From assembly GCA_031374985.1 (NCBI GenBank), contig JANMHD010000060.1, positions 1 to 39,023 of the forward strand: 39,023 nt of DNA. Direction: 5' to 3'. This DNA is from Coleofasciculaceae cyanobacterium OTE_70_metabat_329 (GTDB lineage: Bacteria; Cyanobacteriota; Cyanobacteriia; Cyanobacteriales; JAAUUE01). The translations under genes were made by a program, and so were the position numbers. Under the pieces are notes generated by a model that was not told the origin of the DNA, ran no database searches, and saw nothing but the letters and a program-made list of their open reading frames with translations. Below are positions 10,280 through 18,772 of the stretch, piece after piece (within the stretch, counting starts at the first letter, position 1; every line of letters starts with the position of its first letter).

Positions 10280-11368
10280 ATGTCTCAGGAAATTAGTACC
10301 AGCCCCAGAACCAGAGTCAGTACGACCTCCCTTGCTCATCCCCAAGCCCAGCCTCAAGCTCAACCTTGGTCTGCCAGCAACGATGCCGAACAACTAATGG
10401 ATGAAGTATTTTCAGACCTTGATCGCCTTTTAGTGGGTGGTGCTAATTTGCCAGAGGTGACGACCGCCCCAGAGCCAGTAGTTGCCCTTCAACCTCTGGT
10501 TGTTCCCCCCATTAGTCTGCCCCCGGGATTTTTACTCAATCCAGAGCCGTCTCCGTCAACTGTAGTAACTCCAGAAATTTCTAGGATACCGGAAGGCAGC
10601 TACTTTGATCGCCTCTTGTGGGGAGCAGCTTTGGCAGCAGTAGGCGCTAGTGGAGTTTTATGGTTGGTGAGTAAAGATATTTTGAAATTGCCTTTCTTGC
10701 CCCCCGCACCTACCCCAGTGGCCAGTCAGCCTAGCTCAATGAATCCAGCCGATGCAAAATTTGTGGATTATATGCAGCGATCGCTCACGGCCATTGATAA
10801 ACGTCCTGCTGGTAGCCCAACTGCCCTGCAATCAGGGAATAGACTACCCGCCCCCGGCGGAGTTCCCCTGGCACCGACCCAAGCCCCGCCAACGGTTTTA
10901 GAAAGAGTTTATATCCCGGTCTTTCCTCCTCAGAACTCTGTAGTTCAAATTTCCCCCGGCTTACTTGCTCCCCGCTCTCCTGTTTCTCCAGTTCCTAGGC
11001 CTTCCGTTAGTACGAGTGCTAAAGCTAATTCCAGCAATCCTAGTAGTGCAGCCCGACCAGAATCTACAGCCCCAGAACCAGCTAGAGTAGAACGATCGGC
11101 TCCTGCTGAAGAAAGAAGCACTCCTACTGAGGCTCCCTCGGTGGCCAGTAGTGGGAATAGTGCTGCTAGTGGAAGAACTCTAGTGGGGATTCTGGAATTG
11201 GGTGAAAACTCAGCGGCTTTGTTTGAGATCAATGGGGATACGCAACGGGTATCTGTAGGCGAAACCATTGGGGGTAGTGGCTGGACTCTGGTAAAAGTGG
11301 AAAATCAACAGGCGATCGTCCGCCGAAATGGAGTAGTGCAATCCTTATACGTAGGTGGCAGGTTCTAG
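10280..11368 (+). CDS. Hypothetical proline/serine-rich membrane-anchored protein
   Basis: 362-aa ORF with ATG start. One hydrophobic segment (LLWGAALAAVGASGVLWLV) is followed by a long P/S/A-rich low-complexity linker. The C-terminal ~70 aa look like a compact beta-rich domain (GILELGENSAALFEINGDTQRVSVGETIGGSGWTLVKVENQQAIVRRNG). I do not recognise the family. Confidence 0.6.
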   Translation: MSQEISTSPRTRVSTTSLAHPQAQPQAQPWSASNDAEQLMDEVFSDLDRLLVGGANLPEVTTAPEPVVALQPLVVPPISLPPGFLLNPEPSPSTVVTPEISRIPEGSYFDRLLWGAALAAVGASGVLWLVSKDILKLPFLPPAPTPVASQPSSMNPADAKFVDYMQRSLTAIDKRPAGSPTALQSGNRLPAPGGVPLAPTQAPPTVLERVYIPVFPPQNSVVQISPGLLAPRSPVSPVPRPSVSTSAKANSSNPSSAARPESTAPEPARVERSAPAEERSTPTEAPSVASSGNSAASGRTLVGILELGENSAALFEINGDTQRVSVGETIGGSGWTLVKVENQQAIVRRNGVVQSLYVGGRF

Positions 11369-11369
11369 G

Positions 11370-11966
11370 ATGGGATTACTAGATGACTTGAACCAATTTC
11401 TAGAAGACCGCTTAGAGGAGTTTCTCCGCAATAATCCCCATTTGGAATTGCAGGCACTCCTAGAACAGTTGCGGGAACAGGAAAAAGATACTATCCGCCT
11501 AATCCTAGACCTGCAAAATCAAGAACAACAATTGCAGGAAGATATTCTCCGGGTCGCAAAGGAAATTCAAATCTGGCACGATCGAGCAAGCAAAGCTAAA
11601 TCTGTAGGTAGGTTAGACCTAGCTCAGGCAGCAGACACTAGGGAGGCAGAACTACTCCGGGAGGGAAATCAACGCTGGGGACAAATGCAGGGTTGTCGTG
11701 ATCGCATCCAGCAGACCCGAGAATTACAAAAGCAAATTCAACAACGTAGTGCGGAGGTACAAGTTAAAGTAAAAGCTGCCCAAGCCCAAAGAGAAGCAAA
11801 TAGGGAAGTTGACAGATCCGTAGATCAAACTGCCAGACCAAATTGGAGCGATACTTCTAGCAATAATTCTTCCAGTAGCCCCAATGCAGCCCAGCTAGAT
11901 GCTAAGTTTGAAAAATGGGAAATGGAAATGGAGCTAGAGGAAATGAAGCGTAATTTAGGACGCTAA
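11370..11966 (+). CDS. Coiled-coil protein, resembles the cyanobacterial TIGR04376 family
   Basis: The track ORF starts at GTG 11355. ATG 11370 gives MGLLDDLNQFLEDRLEEFLRNNPHLELQALLEQLREQE..., an N-terminus I recall from TIGR04376-type proteins. The ATG sits 1 nt after the upstream TAG (TAGGATG). Confidence 0.65.
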   Translation: MGLLDDLNQFLEDRLEEFLRNNPHLELQALLEQLREQEKDTIRLILDLQNQEQQLQEDILRVAKEIQIWHDRASKAKSVGRLDLAQAADTREAELLREGNQRWGQMQGCRDRIQQTRELQKQIQQRSAEVQVKVKAAQAQREANREVDRSVDQTARPNWSDTSSNNSSSSPNAAQLDAKFEKWEMEMELEEMKRNLGR

Positions 11967-11990
11967 TTACTAACAGTAAATATATATACT

Positions 11991-12791
11991 ATGGCAGAAG
12001 ATATTTTTAGTAAGGAACAAAAATTCCATGACCAATGGGCGGCTACCATTGATGTAGAAGGTATTAAAGTTAAGGATTATTTTGAAGCTTGTACTGCTCC
12101 AGAAAACCGATTTATTCTTGCCAAGTTGGGAGATGTCACCGGGAAAAAGTTACTAGATTTGGGTTGTGGGGCGGGGGAGAATAGTGTTTATTTTGCCAAG
12201 AAAGGGGCTGATTGTCTAGCGGCAGATTATTCCCCTGGTATGGTGAAAGTAGCCCTAGATTTAGCAGTAGCTAATGGAGTAGAAATCACTGGAAAAACTG
12301 TGAATGCAATGGCTTTAGATTTGCCAGATAATAGTTTTGATATTGTCTATGCTTCTAATCTATTACATCATTTACCAGAACCCAAGTTAGCTATTCAAGA
12401 GATGTATCGAGTTCTGAAGCCCGGTGGTCAGGCTTGTTTCTGGGATCCTCTTAAACATAACCCAGTAATTAATGTGTACCGGCGGATGGCAACTAAGGTA
12501 CGAACTGAAGATGAAACTCCCTTGGATATTGATATTGTTAAATTTGTACGATCGCAATTTTCTCAAGTTGATTATGATACCTTCTGGATTTCTAGCCTCT
12601 GGATTTTTCTACAATTTTATCTAGTGGAAAAAGTTAATCCTAATGATGAAAGATACTGGAAAAAAATTATTGTAGAGCAGGATAGATTAGCTCCTACCTA
12701 TAAAACTTTAGAGAAAGTAGATAGTTTCCTCAAGCATTTACCCTTAATGAAACGCATGGCTTGGAATCTAGCAGTAGTAGCAACTAAGTAA
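11991..12791 (+). CDS. Class I SAM-dependent methyltransferase
   Basis: 266 aa. SAM-binding motif I is LLDLGCGAGENSVYFAKKG, followed by DYSPGMV and the post-I/II motifs LKPGG. Confidence 0.85.
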   Translation: MAEDIFSKEQKFHDQWAATIDVEGIKVKDYFEACTAPENRFILAKLGDVTGKKLLDLGCGAGENSVYFAKKGADCLAADYSPGMVKVALDLAVANGVEITGKTVNAMALDLPDNSFDIVYASNLLHHLPEPKLAIQEMYRVLKPGGQACFWDPLKHNPVINVYRRMATKVRTEDETPLDIDIVKFVRSQFSQVDYDTFWISSLWIFLQFYLVEKVNPNDERYWKKIIVEQDRLAPTYKTLEKVDSFLKHLPLMKRMAWNLAVVATK

Positions 12792-12845
12792 TGAGCGAAA
12801 AAGGCTATATTTACCAACCAAATAATCAAGAACTAGTAAATTATT

Positions 12846-13262
12846 ATGGAAAGAGGTTTGCTTTGGCTGCCTTTATTGGGAGCATTTATTTGGTTAGCTT
12901 GGGCTGGCAAAAATGAGTATGACAAGCTAGAAATCTATCGTCACTGGGCTGAAGAGTTTGATCGAGCCAAATATGATATCTATGCTGTCTTGGGACAGAA
13001 GGATAAATTACTAACTTGGGGAAAGCCAACTAAAAAGGGTATAGTTAATCAGCAAACTTTCTCGCTAGAGCAGGTACAACAGGTTAATTTATTAGTAGAT
13101 CAGCAAATTATTGATCTGACTATTGACCCAGAAAAGTTACCAAATAAAGGGAAGAATATTTATTTAGAGTTTGCCTTGGGAGATGCTACTATCAATATCC
13201 CTTTTACAGAGATTCCCATGGCAAGCCAATGGGGAGCTTTTTTGCGATCGCAATTAAGCTAA
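12846..13262 (+). CDS. Hypothetical protein with N-terminal hydrophobic anchor
   Basis: 138-aa ORF with ATG start and an N-terminal LLWLPLLGAFIWLAWAG segment. I recognise no family. Confidence 0.6.
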   Translation: MERGLLWLPLLGAFIWLAWAGKNEYDKLEIYRHWAEEFDRAKYDIYAVLGQKDKLLTWGKPTKKGIVNQQTFSLEQVQQVNLLVDQQIIDLTIDPEKLPNKGKNIYLEFALGDATINIPFTEIPMASQWGAFLRSQLS

Positions 13263-13341
13263 AATCAATTACGACAATTAACCAGAATCATCTAAAATAA
13301 ATTTACAATATATTTCTAGATTTAATATACAAGAGGCAGTA

Positions 13342-13551
13342 ATGAAAAAAGGGGCTTTTGTTCGGGCAATCAAAGAAAAACTAGTAAATAGCTTAGAAGC
13401 ACTAGCTAGTGATGCAAGATTTCCATCCTATTTATTTGAAACTAAGGGTGAAGTATTAGATATTAAAGGAGATTATGCCTTAATTAAATTTGGACAAGTG
13501 CCGACTCCTAATATTTGGCTTCGAGTTGATCAACTAGAGCTAGTAAGCTAA
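13342..13551 (+). CDS. ndhO: NAD(P)H-quinone oxidoreductase (NDH-1) subunit O
   Basis: 69 aa. [65 protein letters not shown] matches the NdhO pattern I know from Synechocystis and relatives. AAGAGG lies 6-11 nt upstream of the ATG. Confidence 0.8.
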   Translation: MKKGAFVRAIKEKLVNSLEALASDARFPSYLFETKGEVLDIKGDYALIKFGQVPTPNIWLRVDQLELVS

Positions 13552-13583
13552 CAAACCTTTTGGTTTCAGGAATATAGGTACCC

Positions 13584-13691
13584 TACAGCAATTTGTGTTT
13601 AGATCAGTGGCAAGAAAAACCCTCTAAGTCTCCCTTATAAAGGGAGACTTGAAGATAAAGACTGTAGTTTACTAGATTGCAATCTGCTGTA
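13584..13691. mobile_element. MITE-like element with TACAGCA...TGCTGTA ends and a central hairpin
   Basis: TACAGCA (13584-13590) is inverted against TGCTGTA (13685-13691), with imperfect extension. The central perfect 11-bp stem is AAGTCTCCCTT-ATA-AAGGGAGACTT (13626-13650). The ends resemble the TIRs of the 27644-27770 element. Confidence 0.5.
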
Positions 13692-13805
13692 AATCCTTTG
13701 CTAGATCAAATTGCTTTTAGTAAAGAGCTACTATTGCCATATCTAGATTTATGGTTTTACCTCTAATAGTTTTCAGTTAGTACGAAGACCATTTTTTTTG
13801 TAGAA

Positions 13806-13825
13806 CAAGGGGCTTACGCCCCTTG
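13806..13825. repeat. Dispersed palindromic module CAAGGGGC-TTAC-GCCCCTTG
   Basis: 8-bp stem with a 4-nt loop. Near-identical copies lie at 25127-25146 (opposite orientation of flanks) and, degenerate, at 38699-38718. Confidence 0.8.
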
Positions 13826-13883
13826 CCTGTCCTCTACGACTTAGAAAAGTGCTATGTAAGCAGGACTTACTCCTCAAGAAAGT

Positions 13884-15275
13884 TTAAAGTTTAGCTACTC
13901 CATCTTGTCTAGCGGCTCTCTGGACGGCAGCAGCTACTACGGTGGCGACCCGCTGATCAAATACTGAGGGAATGATGTGTTCCTTAGTTAGTTCCGAGGC
14001 ATTGATCAAAGAAGCGATCGCATAGGCGGCTTCTAGACACATATTCGGGGTAATTTCTGAGGCTCGACAATCGATCGCTCCCCGAAATATGCCGGGAAAT
14101 GCCAAAACGTTATTAATCTGGTTAGCATAATCACTTCGACCTGTTGCTATGACTGCCACATCATCTTTGACTAGCTCTGGTTGAATTTCCGGAATTGGGT
14201 TAGCCATCGCAAAAACGATCGGTTCCGGTGCCATCGATCGCACCATTTCTGGGGTCAAAACTCCCGGTGCGCTCACCCCAATAAATACATCATTTCCTCG
14301 TACTGCATCTCCTAAAGTTCCCTCTAATTCCACTGCTAATTCTAACTTTTCAGAAGTGAGATCCGTCCGACTCTTGGAAACAATTCCCTTAGAATCACAA
14401 AGGATAATGTGGTTGGCTCCAGCTTTGGTGAGGAGTTTAGCGATCGCAATCCCAGCGGCTCCGGCACCATTAATCACAATTTTTACTGCACCCAGATCTC
14501 TTTTCAGGAGTTTTAGGGCATTGATCAAAGCAGCAAGGGTAACTATGGCAGTTCCATTTTGATCGTCATGGAACACAGGAATATCTAGCTCTTGCCGTAA
14601 TCTTGCCTCAATTTCAAAACACCGAGGCGCACTAATATCTTCCAGATTTACTCCCCCAAATACGGGTGCAATCCGCTTGACTGTTTCAATAATTTCCTCG
14701 GTATCCTGAGTTGCTAAACAAATCGGAAAAGCATCTAACCCAGCAAATTCCTTAAATAGCATGGCTTTCCCTTCCATGACTGGCATGGCAGCTTCGGGAC
14801 CTAAATTCCCTAATCCTAGTACTGCACTACCATCGGTGACGATCGCCACTGTATTTCCCTTGATAGTCAGAGCATAGACTTTTTCTGGATCTTCAGCGAT
14901 CGCTTTGCAGACCCTGCCTACGCCGGGAGTATAAGCCATGGCCAAATCTCCCTGAGTTCCCAAGGTGATTTTGCTATGAACACTTATTTTGCCGCCCCGA
15001 TGCAAGTCGAAGGTGCGATCGGAAACTTCTATCAATTTGATTTCTGGTAATGCCTTCACTGCTTGGACAATCTGCTCGGCGTGTTCGGTGCTGGCAGCAT
15101 CCACCGTGACTTCCCGGAGAGAAATTTTCAAAGTTTGTTCGATTAGTTGAATCTGCCCCAAGTTGCCACCAGCATCGGCGATCGCTTGGACAACACTAGC
15201 CAACATCCCCGATTGGTTAGGAAGTTGCAACCGCATAGTGACACTAAAACTAGAGCTAGGAGTAATATTAACCAT
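13884..15275 (-). CDS. NAD(P)-dependent malic enzyme with N-terminal ACT-like domain
   Basis: The track start is TTG 15287. ATG 15275 gives a 463-aa protein. Malic-enzyme blocks are present (LAMAYTPGVGRVC, FHDDQNGTAIVTLAAL, INGAGAAGIAI). Confidence 0.9.
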   Translation of the reverse strand: MVNITPSSSFSVTMRLQLPNQSGMLASVVQAIADAGGNLGQIQLIEQTLKISLREVTVDAASTEHAEQIVQAVKALPEIKLIEVSDRTFDLHRGGKISVHSKITLGTQGDLAMAYTPGVGRVCKAIAEDPEKVYALTIKGNTVAIVTDGSAVLGLGNLGPEAAMPVMEGKAMLFKEFAGLDAFPICLATQDTEEIIETVKRIAPVFGGVNLEDISAPRCFEIEARLRQELDIPVFHDDQNGTAIVTLAALINALKLLKRDLGAVKIVINGAGAAGIAIAKLLTKAGANHIILCDSKGIVSKSRTDLTSEKLELAVELEGTLGDAVRGNDVFIGVSAPGVLTPEMVRSMAPEPIVFAMANPIPEIQPELVKDDVAVIATGRSDYANQINNVLAFPGIFRGAIDCRASEITPNMCLEAAYAIASLINASELTKEHIIPSVFDQRVATVVAAAVQRAARQDGVAKL

Positions 15276-15368
15276 AGGAATTGGCAAAGATTTTAGAAGA
15301 TGTATAGGTATTAACGCCTTTAGATTATGCCACGCTTGTCCTAGCTCTTGGTGTTGAGTGGTACAAAA

Positions 15369-16046
15369 TCATGATTTTTCTGGAAGCTGGGTAATTTGTT
15401 GAGCAAACCAAGCGGCCACGGTAATGTTTGTCTCCTGTTGGAGTTTTACTAAGGCTTGCTGGAGTAGGCTAGTGGGTAAGCCCTGAAGCACGATAGATTC
15501 CCTTACTTCTTGGTAATGTTGATCTTCCTGCAACCTAAACATAAAAATACGATCGCCCCGCACATCAATCACCCAATATTCTGGAACTCCCATCTCAGCA
15601 TAGAGCCGCTTCTTCTCATCCAAATCGGTAGCGAGGGTTGTATCTCCCACTTCCCCCACTAAATCGGGAACCCGCCACTGCTCCACATCAATCCGCCGGG
15701 GTTCTCCCTCCTGCCACTGCGGTATCTTTTCCCCTAGATATAGAACCTTGTCTGGCGAGGCTCCCTGCTGCCCCGTCCGGCAGAGAGTGCAATTACTCAT
15801 GGACTGGGCTTTTTGCTCGGGATATTGCATGAACCAAAAGCCAAAAATTAAAGTTAACAGATCACAATATTTAGAATGATTAATTCCTTCAGCACCCATA
15901 TCCGTAAAAATATATCCTTGATTAAAGAAAAATTTCCAATCCTCTGCTACTGGACTTTCTAGCAAGTTTAGATAATCTTCCCAAGTACCCATTTGCCATT
16001 GGGGAAGGTCTGTAAAGATTGGTTTAAGGAGAGTAGAATTAACCAT
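15369..16046 (-). CDS. Uma2 family (DUF820) putative PD-(D/E)XK endonuclease
   Basis: 225 aa with ATG start. The signature is PDLVGEVGDTTLATDLDEKKRLYAEMGVPEYWVIDV. It is a paralog of 35906-36625. Confidence 0.85.
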   Translation of the reverse strand: MVNSTLLKPIFTDLPQWQMGTWEDYLNLLESPVAEDWKFFFNQGYIFTDMGAEGINHSKYCDLLTLIFGFWFMQYPEQKAQSMSNCTLCRTGQQGASPDKVLYLGEKIPQWQEGEPRRIDVEQWRVPDLVGEVGDTTLATDLDEKKRLYAEMGVPEYWVIDVRGDRIFMFRLQEDQHYQEVRESIVLQGLPTSLLQQALVKLQQETNITVAAWFAQQITQLPEKS

Positions 16047-16111
16047 AAGCTTAGTGGTGAAATCATTTAGGATGGCTATAGTATATAGTCTAGAGCTATG
16101 GCAGTTTATCT

Positions 16112-17527
16112 TTAAATTAAGGTACTTTGTTGAAATATTTCCTTACGAGGGGAGATACTTTGCTGGGATGTTTTGGTAGGAATTTCGATTCTAATTTCGG
16201 TTCCTTTCCCTAATAGAGAATTGCAGCTTAGTCGGCCTTGGTGTTTGTTGACAATAATTTGATAGCTAGTTGCCAATCCTAAACCAGTACCTTTACCTAC
16301 GGGCTTAGTAGTAAAAAAAGGATTAAATATATCTTTTCTAATGTCTTCAGTCATCCCACAACCATTATCTCGAATTCTAATACTCAGCATTTCCGGAGTA
16401 ATTAGTTCTGTAGTAATAATAATTTGAAGTTTCTTTTCTTGATTAGGTCTTCCGAGACTAAAAGGATTTTCAGTTTCTAGGATAGCATTACTAGTAAATA
16501 AATAAGTTTCTTCCAAAGCATCGATCGCATTATTAATTACATTCAAAAATACTTGATTAAGTTGACCGGGATAGCACTCAACTAAAGGCAGGTCTGTATA
16601 ATTTTTAATAATACTAATTTCTGGACGTTGGGGCTGACTTTGAAAACGATGCTGGACTAGTAATAACGTATTATCAATACCTTGATGAATATCCACTGGT
16701 TTCATCGCCGCCTCATCAAGTCGAGAGAAGTTTCGTAGAGATAAAACTATTTTACGAATGCGATCGGTCCCTACGCGCATAGATTGGAAAACTCGGGGCA
16801 AGTCTTCTTTAATAAAATCTAGTTCTACCTCAGCAATTTTCACTTCTAGTTCAGGGGTCTTATTTTGGAGTAATTGGTCTTGGAGTTCGACTAGCTTTAA
16901 TAATTCCTGAATATATTGATGGGCAAAATCTAAATTGCCATGAATAAAACCCACTGGATTATTAATTTCGTGGGCAATTCCTGCCACCATCTGTCCCAAA
17001 CTAGACATTTTTTCAGTTTGGATCATTTGACTTTGGGTTTGAGTCAATTCTTCTAGGGTTTTTCCTAGTTGTTCATTGAGCTTTCGATAGCTATCTTCAG
17101 ACTCTTTTAGAGCTTTCATTACTTCAACTTTCTCAGTAATATCGGACTGTACACCAATAAAATGAGTCAGCTGGTTTTGATCATTAAATACTGGGGAAAT
17201 AGTTAGTTCATTCCAAAAAGGAGTCCCATCTTTGCGATAGTTTTTTAGGACTACGCAACAACCAGTTTGAGACTGGACAGCTTGGCGAATAATTTCTACC
17301 GCTTGGGGGTCAGTATCTTCCCCTTGAAGAAATTTGCAGTTATAGCCTAATACTTCATCAGGACTATAACCAGTGATTTGTTCAAAAGCAGGATTACAGT
17401 AGATTAGGGGTTGATTTGGCTGATTGATATCAGCAATTACTATCCCAACACTACTAGAGGCGATCGCCTGATCTAATAAATCTAGAGAAATGTTTGCAGA
17501 GTTCAGTATGGAGATAAATTTTTTCAT
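16112..17527 (-). CDS. Soluble LOV (PAS)-domain sensor histidine kinase
   Basis: The track start is TTG 17554; ATG 17527 gives MKKFISIL.... The LOV signature is GYNCKFLQGEDTD ... NYRKDGTPFWNEL ... FIGVQSDITEK. The HisKA H-box is AGIAHEINNPV. The HATPase N, G1 and G2 boxes are NNAIDAL, IRDNGCGM and GKGTGLGL. There are no TM segments. Confidence 0.9.
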   Translation of the reverse strand: MKKFISILNSANISLDLLDQAIASSSVGIVIADINQPNQPLIYCNPAFEQITGYSPDEVLGYNCKFLQGEDTDPQAVEIIRQAVQSQTGCCVVLKNYRKDGTPFWNELTISPVFNDQNQLTHFIGVQSDITEKVEVMKALKESEDSYRKLNEQLGKTLEELTQTQSQMIQTEKMSSLGQMVAGIAHEINNPVGFIHGNLDFAHQYIQELLKLVELQDQLLQNKTPELEVKIAEVELDFIKEDLPRVFQSMRVGTDRIRKIVLSLRNFSRLDEAAMKPVDIHQGIDNTLLLVQHRFQSQPQRPEISIIKNYTDLPLVECYPGQLNQVFLNVINNAIDALEETYLFTSNAILETENPFSLGRPNQEKKLQIIITTELITPEMLSIRIRDNGCGMTEDIRKDIFNPFFTTKPVGKGTGLGLATSYQIIVNKHQGRLSCNSLLGKGTEIRIEIPTKTSQQSISPRKEIFQQSTLI

Positions 17528-17783
17528 CTTAACAAGGTGGCTGACTATAGCCAAAAAATTGGTGGAGGATTAGACAAACTCTAAATGTATATTCTAATAC
17601 ATTTTTAGACTTGATATTACTTTTGGTAGATAATTTCACCCGCTGAAGATGGGTGCAATCATTTTGGATTGCTATACTAGTATTAAGTTTAGCTTATCTT
17701 TATCATAACCATTTCACCTAGATTTGTTAGAGGAAGTGATCATTTCCTCAGTTAAGTTTTTCTAATTAAGCTTCCCAATTAAA

Positions 17784-18371
17784 TTAAGCTTTTAGCAGTA
17801 AACTTTGGTAGCTTGGCAGAAAGCTATCTAAACCAGCAGTACACAATTGTTTATAGCCCAAAAAGATTCCCTCCAAAGTTATGCTTTCCAACATTGCTAA
17901 GGAAGAAATCTGAGGCTTAATTTGTTGAGATTGCCAGTAGGAACGAAGATTAATTCCTACTTCTGGAACTAAGTTCGCCCAGTTAATGCCGACTCCGATT
18001 ACCGCAGTAGTGATTATACCTTTCTGGATTCGAGTTTCTGTGAGAATGCCACCTAGTTTGCGCCCCTGTAGAAAGAGATCATTGGGGGGCTTTAACTGGA
18101 GGGGAATTTGGTGGTGGCGCAGGGTTGTAGCAATACCCCAAGCTGTAGCGATCGTCAAATCTCCACTGTTAGTTGCTGTCCAGTTTGGCTTGAGGGCAAG
18201 AGAGAGGTATAAACCGCCTAAGCTAGATTCCCATTTTCTTCCCCACTGCCCTCTACCCGCAGTTTGTTCGCTGCTAATTACCACAGTTCCTGCGGGAGAG
18301 CCTTGGTCCAGGAGTTTCCACAGGGTCTGATTAGTAGACGCAAGGCTAGGAAATCTATGGATGGTAGACAT
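17784..18371 (-). CDS. birA: Biotin--[acetyl-CoA-carboxylase] ligase, class I (no N-terminal HTH)
   Basis: The track start is TTG 18389 inside the decamer repeat. ATG 18371 gives MSTIHRF..., 195 aa. The motif QTAGRGQWGRKWES matches the GRGRxGRxW biotin-ligase motif. Confidence 0.85.
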   Translation of the reverse strand: MSTIHRFPSLASTNQTLWKLLDQGSPAGTVVISSEQTAGRGQWGRKWESSLGGLYLSLALKPNWTATNSGDLTIATAWGIATTLRHHQIPLQLKPPNDLFLQGRKLGGILTETRIQKGIITTAVIGVGINWANLVPEVGINLRSYWQSQQIKPQISSLAMLESITLEGIFLGYKQLCTAGLDSFLPSYQSLLLKA

Positions 18372-18380
18372 GGTTTTTAG

Positions 18381-18460
18381 GAGGTACAAGGAGGTAAGAG
18401 AAGGTATAGAGAGGTATAGGGAGATAGAGGAAGGTAGGGGAAGGTACAGGTAGGTAAAGA
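18381..18460. repeat. Decamer array (8 units, GAGGTA/AAGGTA core), proximal arm of the DUF4112/birA spacer
   Basis: The units are GAGGTACAAG GAGGTAAGAG AAGGTATAGA GAGGTATAGG GAGATAGAGG AAGGTAGGGG AAGGTACAGG TAGGTAAAGA. The array ends 9 nt before the birA ATG on the transcribed strand. Confidence 0.9.
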
Positions 18461-18514
18461 ATTAGGATAAGTAGTTGACAAGTTGGATGCGATCAAGAAA
18501 ATTAGTTAAACTAA

Positions 18515-18743
18515 CGTGAATTCGGGTTACGCCAAGACCCACTCTACTGCTTATCGCAGAAAAATCGAGAAGCAAGCTACACCCTAGCCCTCTCCCGTTC
18601 TGGGAGAGGGGACAAGAAAAATTTGTCTTACTCTCCTACCCTTCGGGAAGTCTTACGCCTACCGCCCCTTGTGGGAGAAGGGGTATAGCCCAAGGGGCAT
18701 TCAAGAAAGGGGAATGAGGGGTATTTCTTATCCCGAATTGACG
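18515..18743. mobile_element. 229-bp MITE with 12-bp TIRs and 9-bp target-site duplication
   Basis: The left TIR is CGTGAATTCGGG (18515-18526). The right TIR is CCCGAATTGACG (18732-18743), matching 11/12 as an inverted repeat. Perfect direct repeats TTAAACTAA flank it at 18506-18514 and 18744-18752. There is no ORF, and the interior is rich in hairpins, e.g. CCCTCTCCC-GTTCT-GGGAGAGGG at 18588-18610. Confidence 0.7.
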
Positions 18744-18753
18744 TTAAACTAAA

Positions 18754-18772
18754 CTCCTTTACCTCCTTTACC
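18754..18772. repeat. Inverted decamer array overlapping the DUF4112 gene stop
   Basis: CTCCTTTACCTCCTTTACC. On the mRNA this reads UGG UAA AGGAGGUAAAGGAG, with the stop at 18770-18768. Confidence 0.85.

Noticed and set aside
10193-10393. 66-aa minus-strand ORF overlapping the start of the 10280 gene, and the 88-aa ORF 29773-30039 overlapping the cyclophilin 5' end
   Set aside because: They overlap better-supported genes, their composition is odd and they have no motifs. They are probably spurious.
17731-17750. Near-perfect 20-nt palindrome GAGGAAGTGATCATTTCCTC downstream of birA and upstream of the LOV kinase
   Set aside because: It could be an operator or a hairpin, but it is a single copy, has no U-tract and has no known binding-site match. 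It is noted and not called as a feature.
18515-18743. Structured leader or riboswitch (e.g. c-di-AMP/ydaO-like, because of GGGG/CCCGAAUU-type segments) upstream of birA
   Set aside because: The segment is bounded by 12-bp inverted repeats and a perfect 9-bp direct duplication. That explains it better as a MITE insertion. I could not align it to any riboswitch consensus from memory, and an Rfam cmscan would settle it.
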